Positions 1 to 9,546 of a DNA stretch of 64,000 nucleotides are shown here, one piece after another. How positions within the stretch are numbered: the stretch's first letter is position 1; each line of letters starts with the position of its first letter. The position numbers and the translations under genes are program-made. Source of the stretch: an uncultured bacterium (GTDB lineage Bacteria > Bacillota_I > Bacilli_A > RFN20 > CAG-826); the NCBI GenBank assembly GCA_949296775.1, contig CASFQA010000005.1:3320-67319 (forward strand), written 5' to 3'. Below the pieces are notes generated by a model. It did no database searches, was not told where the DNA came from, and was given only the letters and a program-made list of their open reading frames with translations.

Positions 1-81
1 TCAGGGATTCCAAAAGCCGAGGCAAGGTCCTATCGGCCTCGAAGCAAGGGATGATAAGGGAGAATAAAGGGCGCATAGAAC

Positions 82-104
82 AAGAAAAGCCGGCCGAAGC
101 CGGC
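82..104 (-). terminator. Rho-independent terminator downstream of the BI-1-family gene
   Basis: Perfect hairpin GCCGGC-CGAA-GCCGGC at 89-104. It is preceded on the plus strand by an A-run, which reads as a T-run on the minus strand, directly after the stop codon at 110-112. Confidence 0.6.
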
Positions 105-109
105 GGTGA

Positions 110-883
110 TCAATTCCTATTTCGGGAAGAGAAGATGATAAGCAGGTACAAGACCCGGATGAAGATCATGATGAAGTCGTTGTACATCGTGAAGGCGCAG
201 TAGAGGACGATGTTGTCGCTCCCCTGCCCTTGGGTCAGGATCTTCTTGATGTTGTAGGCGTCGATCGCGGCGACGACAAGCGAGATGATGAGGATGGCCA
301 CCATGCAGATAAGCGAGAGCAAAACGCTCGCCCCGGGGGCAAAGAAAACCATCAGCAAGGACACCAAGGTCCCGATAAGGACCAAGATCCCGGCCACCCC
401 TAATACCATCCACATCCGGTTGAGGTCTTTTTTCGAGTAGTAGCCCCAAAGCCCGACCGCCCCGAAGGCCAAAGCCGAGATAAGGAAGGCCTCGCCGAAG
501 ATGTAGAAGTCGACGCCAAGCAAAATGAAGGAGGAAAGGCAAACCCCCATCGCCACCGAGTAGGTGATGAACCCCGGCCAAAGCGACCGGTTGGTCCCGA
601 CTTTCCTCAGCATCGAGAACGGGACGACGAGCATCACCACCAAGGTCACGACCGAAAGGATCAAATAGGTGACCATCGGGGCGCTCGAATCGGGGGCCGC
701 CTGCATCCAATAGGCCAACCCCAAAGCGAATAAGAAAGAGCAAACCGCGGTGATGAGCAGCCCCAAAGCCATATAGAGATAGGCTTTGCCGAGCTTTTTG
801 GAGACGTTAGTCAGCTCAGGCGAAGGGGCGACGAAGGGCTGCTCCGGGTTCGGGGCTTGGTAATCGTAAGTCGAAAACGCCAT
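110..883 (-). CDS. Bax-inhibitor-1/YccA family (TMBIM) integral membrane protein
   Basis: 257 aa with about 7 TM helices. The C-terminal stretch AIDAYNIK...LYCAFTMYNDFIMIFIRVLYLL is typical of BI-1/YccA family tails. ATG at 881-883. Confidence 0.6.
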   Translation of the reverse strand: MAFSTYDYQAPNPEQPFVAPSPELTNVSKKLGKAYLYMALGLLITAVCSFLFALGLAYWMQAAPDSSAPMVTYLILSVVTLVVMLVVPFSMLRKVGTNRSLWPGFITYSVAMGVCLSSFILLGVDFYIFGEAFLISALAFGAVGLWGYYSKKDLNRMWMVLGVAGILVLIGTLVSLLMVFFAPGASVLLSLICMVAILIISLVVAAIDAYNIKKILTQGQGSDNIVLYCAFTMYNDFIMIFIRVLYLLIIFSSRNRN

Positions 884-884
884 T

Positions 885-1646
885 TTATCCGATTAAGCCT
901 TTCAATAACCCAAGATAGGAGTCGAGGGTGAGGGAAGCGCCCCCGACGAGGGCCCCGTCGATGTCGGGTTCGCTCATGTATTCGGCGATGTTGTTCGGCT
1001 TGACCGAGCCGCCATAGAGGATGCGGATGGCGTCGGCCGTTTCCTTATCATAAAGCTCAGCGAGAAGATCGCGGATGGCCTTAATGGTCTTCTCGGCGAT
1101 TTCCTTGGTGGCGTTTTTGCCAGTCCCGATCGCCCAAATCGGCTCATAGGCGATGACCACTTTCTTCGCCTCCGCAGCCTTAAGCCCGGCAAAGCCGACC
1201 TTAATCTGCCTAGCGACGAATTCGTCGGTCTTCCCGGCCTCAAAGGTCTCAAGCGATTCCCCGCAGCAATAAAGCGGGGTCATGTTCGCGGAGAGGATGG
1301 CTTTGATCTTCGCGTTGCAGTGCTCGCTGGTCTCGCCATTATAGGTCCGTCTTTCGGAATGGCCGATGATCACCCAGTCGATCCCGATCTCGGCGATCAT
1401 GTTGAGGGCCACTTCGCCGGTATAGGCGCCATGGTCGAATTCGGAGCAGTTTTGGGCCGCGACCTTGATCGAAGGATCGATGTTCTCCTTCACGGTCTGG
1501 AGGCAGACATAGGTCGGGGCGACCCCGATCTCGATGTTATGTTCCTTGGCAAGGGAAGCGATCTCGCCCGCCCCCAAGGCGAATTCCTTCGCCTCGGAGG
1601 GGGTTTTGTTCATCTTCCAGTTGCCGAATAGCAACTTGGTCCGCAT
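885..1646 (-). CDS. tpiA: Triosephosphate isomerase
   Basis: 253 aa. N-terminal LLFGNWKMN, plus AYEPIWAIGTG and GGSVKP motifs. ATG at 1644-1646. Confidence 0.95.
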   Translation of the reverse strand: MRTKLLFGNWKMNKTPSEAKEFALGAGEIASLAKEHNIEIGVAPTYVCLQTVKENIDPSIKVAAQNCSEFDHGAYTGEVALNMIAEIGIDWVIIGHSERRTYNGETSEHCNAKIKAILSANMTPLYCCGESLETFEAGKTDEFVARQIKVGFAGLKAAEAKKVVIAYEPIWAIGTGKNATKEIAEKTIKAIRDLLAELYDKETADAIRILYGGSVKPNNIAEYMSEPDIDGALVGGASLTLDSYLGLLKGLIG

Positions 1647-1652
1647 CGCTAT

Positions 1653-2879
1653 TTACCGTAAGACGTCGACGCCGGGGAGGTGGCCGTCGTTCTCGATCAT
1701 CTCGAGCGAGGCTCCGCCGCCGGTGGAGACGTGGGAGAAGTCGGCTTTATAGCCGAACTGCTTGACCGCCGAAGCGGAATCGCCGCCGCCGCAGACGGTG
1801 AAGGCATTGCCTTTAAGCTCGCGGATGGCTTCGCAGATGGCTAAGGTGCCAGCCTGGAATTCCTTCTGCTCGAAGACCCCCATCGGGCCATTCCAGAACA
1901 CCATCTTGGCTTCGAGGATGGCTTTCTTAAAGAGTTCCCGGGTCTTGGGGCCGATATCGACGCCCTGGAATCCTTCGGGGATCCCGCCTTCGCATTCCTT
2001 GATGGTCCGGGTTTCGGTCGGCTCGAAGGAATCGGTGATGATGGAATCGACCGGCAAGAGGATGCGGCCATGGGCTTCCTCTAGGCACTTTTTCGCATAG
2101 TCGAGCTGATCCTCTTCGCACGGGGAATTGCCGATCTCTTCGCCCATCGCCTTCTTGAAGGTATAGGCCATGGCCCCGCCGATGATGATCTTGTCGCACT
2201 TCTTGAGTAAGGAATCGATGACCTTGATCTTGTCGGAGACCTTAAAGCCGCCGAGGATGGCGACGTAGGGGCGGTCGGAATCGGCGACCTCGACGCAACG
2301 GGTGAGGTTATCGACTTCCTTAACCATTAAGTAGCCTTCGGCGACCGGCTTGCCCTCTTCCTTGAGGATGGTCGGGACGCCGACGGTCGAGGCATGGGCC
2401 CGGTGGGCTGAGCCAAAGGCATCGAGGACATAGACATCGGCTAAAGCCGCCCATTCCTTGGCCAATTCGGGATTGTTCTTCTCTTCGCCCTTCTCATAAC
2501 GGGTATTCTGCATGAGGAGGATCTCGCCGTCTTTGAGTTCGGCGACGGCTTTGGCGAGTTCTTCGCCGTGGGTCGCCGGGCAGAAATGGACTTTGGTGGT
2601 GACGAGTTCGCCTAAACGGGTGGCGACGCAAGCCATGTCATTGGCTTTCTTCATCTCCTCGATCTTGGCCGGATCGGGTTCTTTCCATTTGATCTTGCCA
2701 AGATGGGACATGAGGATGACCTTGGCCCCTTTGTCAGTGAGGTAGTTGATGGTCGGCAAAGCCGCCCGGATCCGGTTGTCGTCCCGGATGACGCCGCCTT
2801 TCTGCGGGACGTTGAAATCGACGCGGACTAGGACCTTCTTTCCCTGGAGGTCCTTGAGGGATTCGATGGTTTGAAGCAT
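1653..2879 (-). CDS. pgk: Phosphoglycerate kinase
   Basis: RVDFNVP N-terminal motif and the overall Pgk fold. The ORF-track start at 2903 is a TTG. The ATG at 2877-2879 has an AAGGAGAT RBS 8 nt upstream, so the gene is trimmed to that start. Confidence 0.93.
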   Translation of the reverse strand: MLQTIESLKDLQGKKVLVRVDFNVPQKGGVIRDDNRIRAALPTINYLTDKGAKVILMSHLGKIKWKEPDPAKIEEMKKANDMACVATRLGELVTTKVHFCPATHGEELAKAVAELKDGEILLMQNTRYEKGEEKNNPELAKEWAALADVYVLDAFGSAHRAHASTVGVPTILKEEGKPVAEGYLMVKEVDNLTRCVEVADSDRPYVAILGGFKVSDKIKVIDSLLKKCDKIIIGGAMAYTFKKAMGEEIGNSPCEEDQLDYAKKCLEEAHGRILLPVDSIITDSFEPTETRTIKECEGGIPEGFQGVDIGPKTRELFKKAILEAKMVFWNGPMGVFEQKEFQAGTLAICEAIRELKGNAFTVCGGGDSASAVKQFGYKADFSHVSTGGGASLEMIENDGHLPGVDVLR

Positions 2880-2970
2880 TGGTATGTATCTCCTTGCGGT
2901 CAATATATTACCACCCTAAAAGGGTGAGGAAAATAGAAACGGGGAAAACGGCAAAATGGTCTAGTTTGTC

Positions 2971-3795
2971 TTAAAGCCCTAGATAGCCATCCATTTCCCG
3001 AAACAAAGTAGGGATATAACGCGAGGCCGCAGAATAATGGACCGTTATATTGTCCAAAACCGACTTCCTAAGCCCAATAACATAGTAGCTGTTCATGCCG
3101 AAAGTCGGAGCCACCCCAGGGCGACACAAACAATGGAAATAGAACGTTCCATTAATTGAAAAAGGGTAAGCCAATGAGATGTTGCCAAGGCTAACGAAAA
3201 GAAGGAAATTGGTCTTAAAGTAATCCTCTTCCCTAGCGAACGTCGGAAGATCGGCGAGCCCATATTCTCCAGCCGAATCAACGATCATGTAAAGCTTAGA
3301 AGGATCGCCAAAATCTTGTATCCGAGATTCCTCGATGCCAATGGGGGTGACGGTTCCATCGAGGATGCGAACATCTAAGGAAAAGAGGGTTTCCTCCCCA
3401 CGCTTCAAGGAAATGGTCGACTCGGATGGATAGACGAAAACCACCGTAAAAAGAATCCAGTCATTATCATTGCCGACGAGAGTGTTCGGCGGAAGATAAG
3501 TGTAATAATCCTTAAAAATCATCATATAGCCGGGGTCATAGTCCCAATACAAGTCGCTCGGCAGACGATAACCCTCCGGCAAATCGGAATAAACGGTGTA
3601 GGAAGTCCGGGTTGAAAAACATGCGAACCGCCCCACCACCTGCGACTCATCGATATTCATAGCGAACGAAATATCGCCATCGTAAGCCGGAAGAAGGGAA
3701 TCATCCGAGCTCGAGGAAGAATCGCAATCGGGTGCGCATCCCAACAAAACCAACATCATCGGGATCAAAGAAAGAAGTTTCTTAAAGCTTTTCAT
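2971..3795 (-). CDS. Hypothetical lipoprotein
   Basis: Signal peptide with lipobox (MKSFKKLLSLIPMMLVLLGC). No recognisable catalytic motif. Confidence 0.6.
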   Translation of the reverse strand: MKSFKKLLSLIPMMLVLLGCAPDCDSSSSSDDSLLPAYDGDISFAMNIDESQVVGRFACFSTRTSYTVYSDLPEGYRLPSDLYWDYDPGYMMIFKDYYTYLPPNTLVGNDNDWILFTVVFVYPSESTISLKRGEETLFSLDVRILDGTVTPIGIEESRIQDFGDPSKLYMIVDSAGEYGLADLPTFAREEDYFKTNFLLFVSLGNISLAYPFSINGTFYFHCLCRPGVAPTFGMNSYYVIGLRKSVLDNITVHYSAASRYIPTLFREMDGYLGL

Positions 3796-4058
3796 AAACT
3801 ACCATCCGTAAATGTTTCGTTAACCACAAGCGGCTCATCGATAATTCCGATCTTAACGCCCTTGCCGGTATATGGGGTATCCAAGGAAAGGCCAATATCG
3901 CCTTTAAACAAAGCATTGGTATAGAACAATCCTGGTTCGACCGTCGCGCTATAGGTTGGATCAACTTCGTTTCTGGAACTTGATGCTTGTTGTTGGACGT
4001 TAAAAGAATTGGGCGAAATCAACGAAAGGACCAACGAGAGCAAGCAAACCGAGTCCAT
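3792..4058 (-). CDS. Small secreted hypothetical protein (88 aa)
   Basis: N-terminal hydrophobic signal-like segment. Its stop overlaps the start of the downstream lipoprotein gene (ATGA overlap), which suggests co-transcription. Confidence 0.4.
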   Translation of the reverse strand: MDSVCLLSLVLSLISPNSFNVQQQASSSRNEVDPTYSATVEPGLFYTNALFKGDIGLSLDTPYTGKGVKIGIIDEPLVVNETFTDGSL

Positions 4059-4152
4059 AATAGGCTTCCCCTAACGACGCTATTATTGTAATGCTGTCAT
4101 TTTGTGAAATCAACATGCGTCCATTTTCTACATTTAAGTCCATCTGTCGTCA

Positions 4153-4180
4153 ACAAAAAAGCCCCCGGTTGCCCGGGAGC
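4153..4180 (-). terminator. Rho-independent terminator after gap
   Basis: Minus-strand GCTCCCGG-GCAA-CCGGGGGC hairpin followed by TTTTTTGTT, immediately downstream of the gap stop at 4204. Confidence 0.65.
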
Positions 4181-4203
4181 TTTAATTGGTTCAGATCAGC
4201 TGA

Positions 4204-5265
4204 TTACTTGCAGCCGAGGACTTTGCCATATTCGCCAGCGAGGCGGACGTATTGGCAGGTGAAGGAGTTCTCGTTGTCGTACCAGGAGACGACCTTGACG
4301 TGATGGAGGCCAGCCTTGTCGGTGAAGACGACGGTCTGGGTGGCATCGAAGATCGAGCCATAGGTCGAGCCGATGATATCGGAGGAGACGATCTCGTCTT
4401 CGGTATAGGCGAGGACGTTCTTGAGATAGCCTTCGGACGCTTCCTTCAAAGCGGCATTGATGCCATCCTTGGTGATGTCTTCATCATCGAGGACGAGCGA
4501 GAGGTCGACGAGCGAGCCGGCCGGAACCGGGACCCGGATCGCGCCGCCCATGAGCTTGCCATCGAGCGAGGGGATGACGGCCTTGATCGCCTTAGCAGCC
4601 CCAGTGGTGGTCGGGACGATGTTGGCGGCAGCCGCCCGGCCGCGACGGAGGTTGCCCTTGGCGAGGTCGAGGATGGTCTGGTCATTGGTGTAGGCGTGGA
4701 CGGTGGTCATGAAGCCGCCGGAGACGTGGTATTTCTTGTCGAGGACGTCCATAACCGGAGCTAAGCAGTTGGTGGTGCAGGAGCCGCCGGAGATGACTTT
4801 CATGTCCTTGGTGAGCTTGTCGGTGTTGACGCCGTAGACGAAGGTCGGGATGTCCTTCGAGGAGGACGGGGCGGAGATGATGACGCCCTTGGCGCCGTTG
4901 TCGAGATGGACCTGGCCATCTTCTTTGCTCTTGAGGCGGCCGGTGCATTCGAGGACGATGTCGACGCCGTATTCGCCCCACTTCAAATCATGGGGATCCT
5001 TCTTCCCGAGGACCGGGATCTTGTGGCCTTTGAAGACGATGTAGTTCTCGATGATGTTGCCATCTTCGTCTTTCTTGACGTCGGCTTCGATCTCATCGGT
5101 GTGCCACGAGCCCTGGGTGGTGTCGTACTTGAGAAGATAGGCGAGGGTCTTCGCGTCGACCAAGTCATTGATGGCGACGACTTCGAAGCCGCCGACTTCG
5201 TAGGCCCGGCGGAAAGCGAGGCGGCCAATGCGCCCGAATCCGTTGATTGCTAGTTTGATGGACAT
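4204..5265 (-). CDS. gap: Glyceraldehyde-3-phosphate dehydrogenase (type I)
   Basis: INGFGRIGR NAD-binding motif and ASCTTNCLAP active-site motif. ATG at 5263-5265 with an AGGAGG RBS. The ORF-track N-terminal extension was rejected. Confidence 0.95.
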   Translation of the reverse strand: MSIKLAINGFGRIGRLAFRRAYEVGGFEVVAINDLVDAKTLAYLLKYDTTQGSWHTDEIEADVKKDEDGNIIENYIVFKGHKIPVLGKKDPHDLKWGEYGVDIVLECTGRLKSKEDGQVHLDNGAKGVIISAPSSSKDIPTFVYGVNTDKLTKDMKVISGGSCTTNCLAPVMDVLDKKYHVSGGFMTTVHAYTNDQTILDLAKGNLRRGRAAAANIVPTTTGAAKAIKAVIPSLDGKLMGGAIRVPVPAGSLVDLSLVLDDEDITKDGINAALKEASEGYLKNVLAYTEDEIVSSDIIGSTYGSIFDATQTVVFTDKAGLHHVKVVSWYDNENSFTCQYVRLAGEYGKVLGCK

Positions 5266-5480
5266 ATTTTTCTTGTCCCTCCTTATAAAAACTGCACGCA
5301 CATTATACAAAGGGGGGCTTTCCAATAAAAGAGGATAAATCAAAAAGCGGATTACCGATTGTTTACCTCTAGGTAAAAGGCGAGGCCAAGCGGCGACCGC
5401 GCTCGAGGATCACCGGGCAAAAGGATGAAACGAACCGCGCGAATTTGCCTAATCGCCATCGCCGTATAAAATATAGGTAT

Positions 5481-6050
5481 ATGCGGAACCCCCTTGCCCT
5501 ATTGTCGTTGCTATTGGCCCTAACCGGCTGCACCGCCTCCCTAAGCTCGCAAAAGGAAACGGCTCGCGAGACAAGCCCGAGCGAAGCGAAGGAGTCGGCT
5601 TATTTGGATTACGACGTCACCACCTCGCCGAAGGTTATCGATTATGGGTTCCCGATGCTTTTCAATGACGAAATCCTGCCCTATGTCGACGCGACCGACT
5701 ATGGGAATCGGCCCTTGATCCCCGGGGATTCCCTCCGAATCGAATACCAAGGGGATATCCTGATAAAGGAAACCTACCCGGCGACCGCCGACTTAAGCCA
5801 AGCGGAGATAAAAGGGGTCGAGGTCTACGAGGCCCGGATATTCGAGTTCACCGTCGAGGACGGGAAACTATGGGAACAGGGAAAAGAAACGATCTACGAT
5901 ATCCCCGAAGTCATCTACCTCGATGATTGGCAAGGGTATGGCAAAGGGGCGGATGTCCTCGAAGAGGGGATGACCGTTTACGGAATCAACCCGGCTTATT
6001 TCAATTCCTTCAACTGCATCTATTTCTGCGCTTTCGCGCCCCGCCTCTAA
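5481..6050 (+). CDS. Hypothetical lipoprotein
   Basis: Signal peptide MRNPLALLSLLLALTGC with a lipobox. The ORF-track start at 5445 is a TTG, so the ATG at 5481 is preferred. Confidence 0.55.
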   Translation: MRNPLALLSLLLALTGCTASLSSQKETARETSPSEAKESAYLDYDVTTSPKVIDYGFPMLFNDEILPYVDATDYGNRPLIPGDSLRIEYQGDILIKETYPATADLSQAEIKGVEVYEARIFEFTVEDGKLWEQGKETIYDIPEVIYLDDWQGYGKGADVLEEGMTVYGINPAYFNSFNCIYFCAFAPRL

Positions 6051-6210
6051 ATTGCTTAGCGCTCAATCCTTCCGCCGATAGCCAAATAACTCAACATACC
6101 GTCGCCGAAAATACCCGCAAAAAGGGAGGGTTCGGCAAAAAATAGCAAACGCAAACCCTTTGCAAAAAGGAGATAGCGACGATTCCTTCCGCTTTTGCGG
6201 TCTTTTTATG

Positions 6211-6244
6211 GAAAAGAAAAGCCCGCCTCGAGAAGGAAGCGGGC
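6211..6244 (-). terminator. Rho-independent terminator after the alcohol dehydrogenase gene
   Basis: Hairpin GCCCGC-N12-GCGGGC at 6221-6244 with a T-run on the minus strand (plus-strand A-run 6211-6220). A weaker plus-strand hairpin CCGC-TTTT-GCGG plus T-run at 6189-6209 may terminate the convergent lipoprotein gene. Confidence 0.5.
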
Positions 6245-6257
6245 GATTCGCCGCGAA

Positions 6258-7406
6258 TCACATCAGCGACTTATAGAGGGCGATGACTTGCTCTTTGGTC
6301 GGGGCGACGGGATTGCCGCCCATGCAGGCATCGGCTAAGGCCGAGTCGGCGAGGAAGGAGAGGTCCTCCTCCTTGACGATCCCTTTCAGATCGGTCGGGA
6401 TGCCGACGTCCTGGGAAAGCTTGGAGACCGCTTGGATCGCCGCTTCCCGATACTGCTCGGTGCTCATCTGGTCGACCCCTTCGACCCCCATGGCCCGGGC
6501 GAGTTCCCGATATTTGGTGCCGGTGTATTCGGCGTTGAACTTCATCCCGGTCGGGAGAAGGATCGAGCAGGCGACCCCATGCGGGGTGTCGTATAAGGCC
6601 GATAAGGGATGGGCCATCGAATGGACGATGCCCAAGCCGACGTTGGAGAAGCCCATGCCGGCGACGTATTGGCCAAGGGCCATCCCTTCCCTTCCCTCTT
6701 TCTCCCCGGCATAGGCCGAGCGGAGATTGGAGGAGATGAGCTTGATGGCCTCAAGGTGGAGGCAATCGGAAAGTTCCCAAGCCCCTTTGGTGATGAGCCC
6801 TTCGATCGCATGGGTCAAAGCGTCCATCCCGGTCGAGGCGGTGAGCCCCTTCGGCATCGAGGACATCATGGTCGGATCGATGAAGGCGACGATCGGCATG
6901 TCATGGGGATCGACGCAGACGAACTTCCGCGATTTCTCGACGTCGGTGATGACGTAGTTGATGGTGACCTCGGCCGCGGTCCCGGCGGTGGTCGGGATGG
7001 CGAGGATCGGGGCGCAGGGGTTCTTGGTCGGGGCGACCCCTTCTAAACTCCGGACATCGGAAAATTCCGGATTGGTGGCGATGATGCCGATGGCTTTGGC
7101 GGTATCCATGGCCGAGCCGCCGCCGATGGCGATGAGGTAATCGGCCCCGGCTTTCTTGAAAGCCTCAACCCCTTCTTGGACGTTCTCGATGGTCGGATTG
7201 GGCTTGATGCCGTCATAGATCTCATAAGCCAGCCCCGCGGCGTCGAGGAGCTTGGTCACGTTGTCGACGACCTTGAACTTGATGAGCCCCGGATCGGTGC
7301 AAAGGAGCCCTTTTTTGAAGTGATGGGATTGGATCTCGGTCACCACCGAGTCAATCGCCCCGTACCCATGATAGGAAACGGGGTTCAAACAGAAACGATT
7401 AGCCAT
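6258..7406 (-). CDS. Iron-containing (group III) alcohol dehydrogenase, FucO/lactaldehyde-reductase-like
   Basis: GGGSAMDTAK motif and the His-rich metal site (MDALTHAIE, HSMAHPL). ATG at 7404-7406 with an AGGAGGAATACA RBS. Confidence 0.85.
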   Translation of the reverse strand: MANRFCLNPVSYHGYGAIDSVVTEIQSHHFKKGLLCTDPGLIKFKVVDNVTKLLDAAGLAYEIYDGIKPNPTIENVQEGVEAFKKAGADYLIAIGGGSAMDTAKAIGIIATNPEFSDVRSLEGVAPTKNPCAPILAIPTTAGTAAEVTINYVITDVEKSRKFVCVDPHDMPIVAFIDPTMMSSMPKGLTASTGMDALTHAIEGLITKGAWELSDCLHLEAIKLISSNLRSAYAGEKEGREGMALGQYVAGMGFSNVGLGIVHSMAHPLSALYDTPHGVACSILLPTGMKFNAEYTGTKYRELARAMGVEGVDQMSTEQYREAAIQAVSKLSQDVGIPTDLKGIVKEEDLSFLADSALADACMGGNPVAPTKEQVIALYKSLM

Positions 7407-7497
7407 TGTATTCCTCCTACTGGCCAGGCAATTATAACAATTCAAAAAGCCCCGCCGTAAGCGGTTATTGTTCCGTTTTCTAGGATTTCGTTCCCTT

Positions 7498-7749
7498 TTA
7501 ATAGTCGAGCAGTTCCGATAAGCGGATGCCCAAGGCGGAAGATAGGCGCCGCAAAACGACGAAGCTTGGGTTCCGCCGTCCGTTTTCGAGGTCGCTGAGG
7601 TAATGAGGGCTGACTTGGGCGGAGAAGGACAGAGAGAGCTGGGTCAGCCCCTTGGCCTCGCGGAGTTCTTTCAAATGGAGCCCGAAGCCGATTAAGGCCT
7701 CTTTGTCGGCCCGCTTAAGCGTCTTGGTCCGTTTCGGGGTCAATTCCAT
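7498..7749 (-). CDS. XRE-family helix-turn-helix transcriptional regulator
   Basis: 83 aa. HTH_3-like segment LKELREAKGLTQLSLSFSAQVSPHYLSDLENGRRNPS. Its start overlaps the 3' end of whiA by 35 nt. Confidence 0.7.
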   Translation of the reverse strand: MELTPKRTKTLKRADKEALIGFGLHLKELREAKGLTQLSLSFSAQVSPHYLSDLENGRRNPSFVVLRRLSSALGIRLSELLDY

Positions 7750-8683
7750 GCTTTATCTGATACTCCTCGTGCAGTTTCCTGAATAGGTGGTTGATGTTGC
7801 TTTTGCTTATTTGGCAGGAGAGCTCCTCGCTAAGCAAAGCGGCGAGCTCGGAGAGCGAGGCATCGGGGTTATCCTCCCTTATCCGCATCAAGGCCTTCAG
7901 CTTCTCCGAATATATTTCCGGGAAAGCCTGCCCTTTCTTGAAGAAGGCGATCTCCTTCAATTGGCGGGAAGCGGCCGAGACCGTCTTCTCCATATTGGCG
8001 GCGTCGAGGTTATTGAACCGATTGCCGACGTTGCTGAAATCCCGGTCGATCCGGATGTTCTCGAACTCCAAGCAGGAAGCGGTGGCCCCGATATAGGTGA
8101 GGAAGGCGCTGATCTGCTCGCTCCGCTTCAAATAGGCGATGAATTGGCTTCGCCGCCTGGCGACTTTGGCGTTGAAGGGGAAGGAACGGGACTTATTGAT
8201 GAGCTTGGCGAGGGCTTTGGCGTAGCCTTCCTCCTCGCAGGCGATCTCAAGATGGTAATTGGAGGAATGGGGATCGTTGACCGAGCCTTTGGACAAAAAC
8301 GCCCCCGCTAGATAGCTTTGCTCATCTTGCTCGTTCGCCAATAAGGATTTGGGCAAGGAGGGGGAAAGCAAATCCACCTCCAAATCGGAGAGGATGTAGT
8401 CGAGGTCGGAGCAAAGGACGTGATATTGGACGGCTTTCCGGAGCCGCATCTGCTTGGAATAGGCGAAACGGACCGGGACGCCGTAAATCGAAGACAGCCC
8501 GGAGTAAAGGAGCTTGGCGATCTTCGACGATTCGGTCGAAAGGTCGAGGACGCGTTCGGAAAGCCGAATCGAGCCGCTGCCTTTGGCGAAAGAGGAAAGC
8601 AAGGGCCGGAGGCTCGCGTCGTCAAAAGGCAACGACGCGATCTCTTCCTTGACCTTAAGCGCGAAGGAGAAATTAGGAGCCAA
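7715..8683 (-). CDS. whiA: DNA-binding protein WhiA
   Basis: 322 aa, the length and architecture of a WhiA. The N-terminus FALKVKEEIASL aligns to the B. subtilis WhiA start, and there is a C-terminal HTH. Start codon is TTG. Confidence 0.85.
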   Translation of the reverse strand: MAPNFSFALKVKEEIASLPFDDASLRPLLSSFAKGSGSIRLSERVLDLSTESSKIAKLLYSGLSSIYGVPVRFAYSKQMRLRKAVQYHVLCSDLDYILSDLEVDLLSPSLPKSLLANEQDEQSYLAGAFLSKGSVNDPHSSNYHLEIACEEEGYAKALAKLINKSRSFPFNAKVARRRSQFIAYLKRSEQISAFLTYIGATASCLEFENIRIDRDFSNVGNRFNNLDAANMEKTVSAASRQLKEIAFFKKGQAFPEIYSEKLKALMRIREDNPDASLSELAALLSEELSCQISKSNINHLFRKLHEEYQIKHGIDPETDQDA

Positions 8684-8689
8684 TTTTAA

Positions 8690-9535
8690 TTACCCCCTCC
8701 GATAACGCCGCATTTCCCGATGGGAGACGAAGCAGATGTATTGGCTTTTGTAATGATCATAAAGCCGCTGGGCGAAATAGACCGATCGATGCTGCCCTCC
8801 CGAACACCCCAGATCGATGTTGATGTAATTCCGCCCGTCTTGCTTGGCGTGGGAGAGGAAATAATCCAAGTAGGCGACCATATGGGAGAAAAGCTCGTCG
8901 CATTCTTTTTTGCCGGAAAGGAAATCGATGACCCCTTGGTCTAAGCCGGTTTGGTTTCTTAGCTCCGGATCCCAAAAGGGATTCGGGACGTTCCGGCAAT
9001 CGAAAATCACCTCGGCGTCTTGGGGGATGCCGTATTTATAGCCGAAAGAGGAGAAGGTGATGACCATCGTCGACTCATTCCCCTTGAAATGGGCGAAGGC
9101 CATCTTCCGGAGCTCTTGGGCCGAAAGCCCGGTGGTATCGACGTAAAGATCGGCGAAGGGCCGGACCTCCTTCATCGTCTGCTCGTCGAGCCGGATGCAT
9201 TCCTCCAGCGGGTACCCTTTTGCTTGCAATGGGTGGACGTGCCGGGTCAAGCGATAACGGGTCAATAGCTCAGTCGCGGCGCAGTCGAGAAGAAGGAAAA
9301 CCGAATGGAGCCCTTCCGCCTGCTTCAAGATCTCATTGGCCCGCTTGGCATGGCGGAGCTCAACGATCAAAACCGTGTCGTTATAGGCGTCGTTAGAGCC
9401 GATTTCCTCGCAAAGGGCCGGCAAAACCACATTCGGCACGTTCTCGATCAGCCGATAACCCATCTCCTCAAAGGCATGGGAGATGGTTGATTTGCCGGCA
9501 CCCGAGACGCCGGAGAGCAAGACGACGTTGTTCAT
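8690..9535 (-). CDS. rapZ: RNase adapter protein RapZ (YvcJ family P-loop NTPase)
   Basis: N-terminal Walker A LLSGVSGAGKST. About 280 aa. Sits in the conserved position next to whiA. Confidence 0.85.
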   Translation of the reverse strand: MNNVVLLSGVSGAGKSTISHAFEEMGYRLIENVPNVVLPALCEEIGSNDAYNDTVLIVELRHAKRANEILKQAEGLHSVFLLLDCAATELLTRYRLTRHVHPLQAKGYPLEECIRLDEQTMKEVRPFADLYVDTTGLSAQELRKMAFAHFKGNESTMVITFSSFGYKYGIPQDAEVIFDCRNVPNPFWDPELRNQTGLDQGVIDFLSGKKECDELFSHMVAYLDYFLSHAKQDGRNYINIDLGCSGGQHRSVYFAQRLYDHYKSQYICFVSHREMRRYRRG

Positions 9536-9546
9536 ATCCAAGCCTA

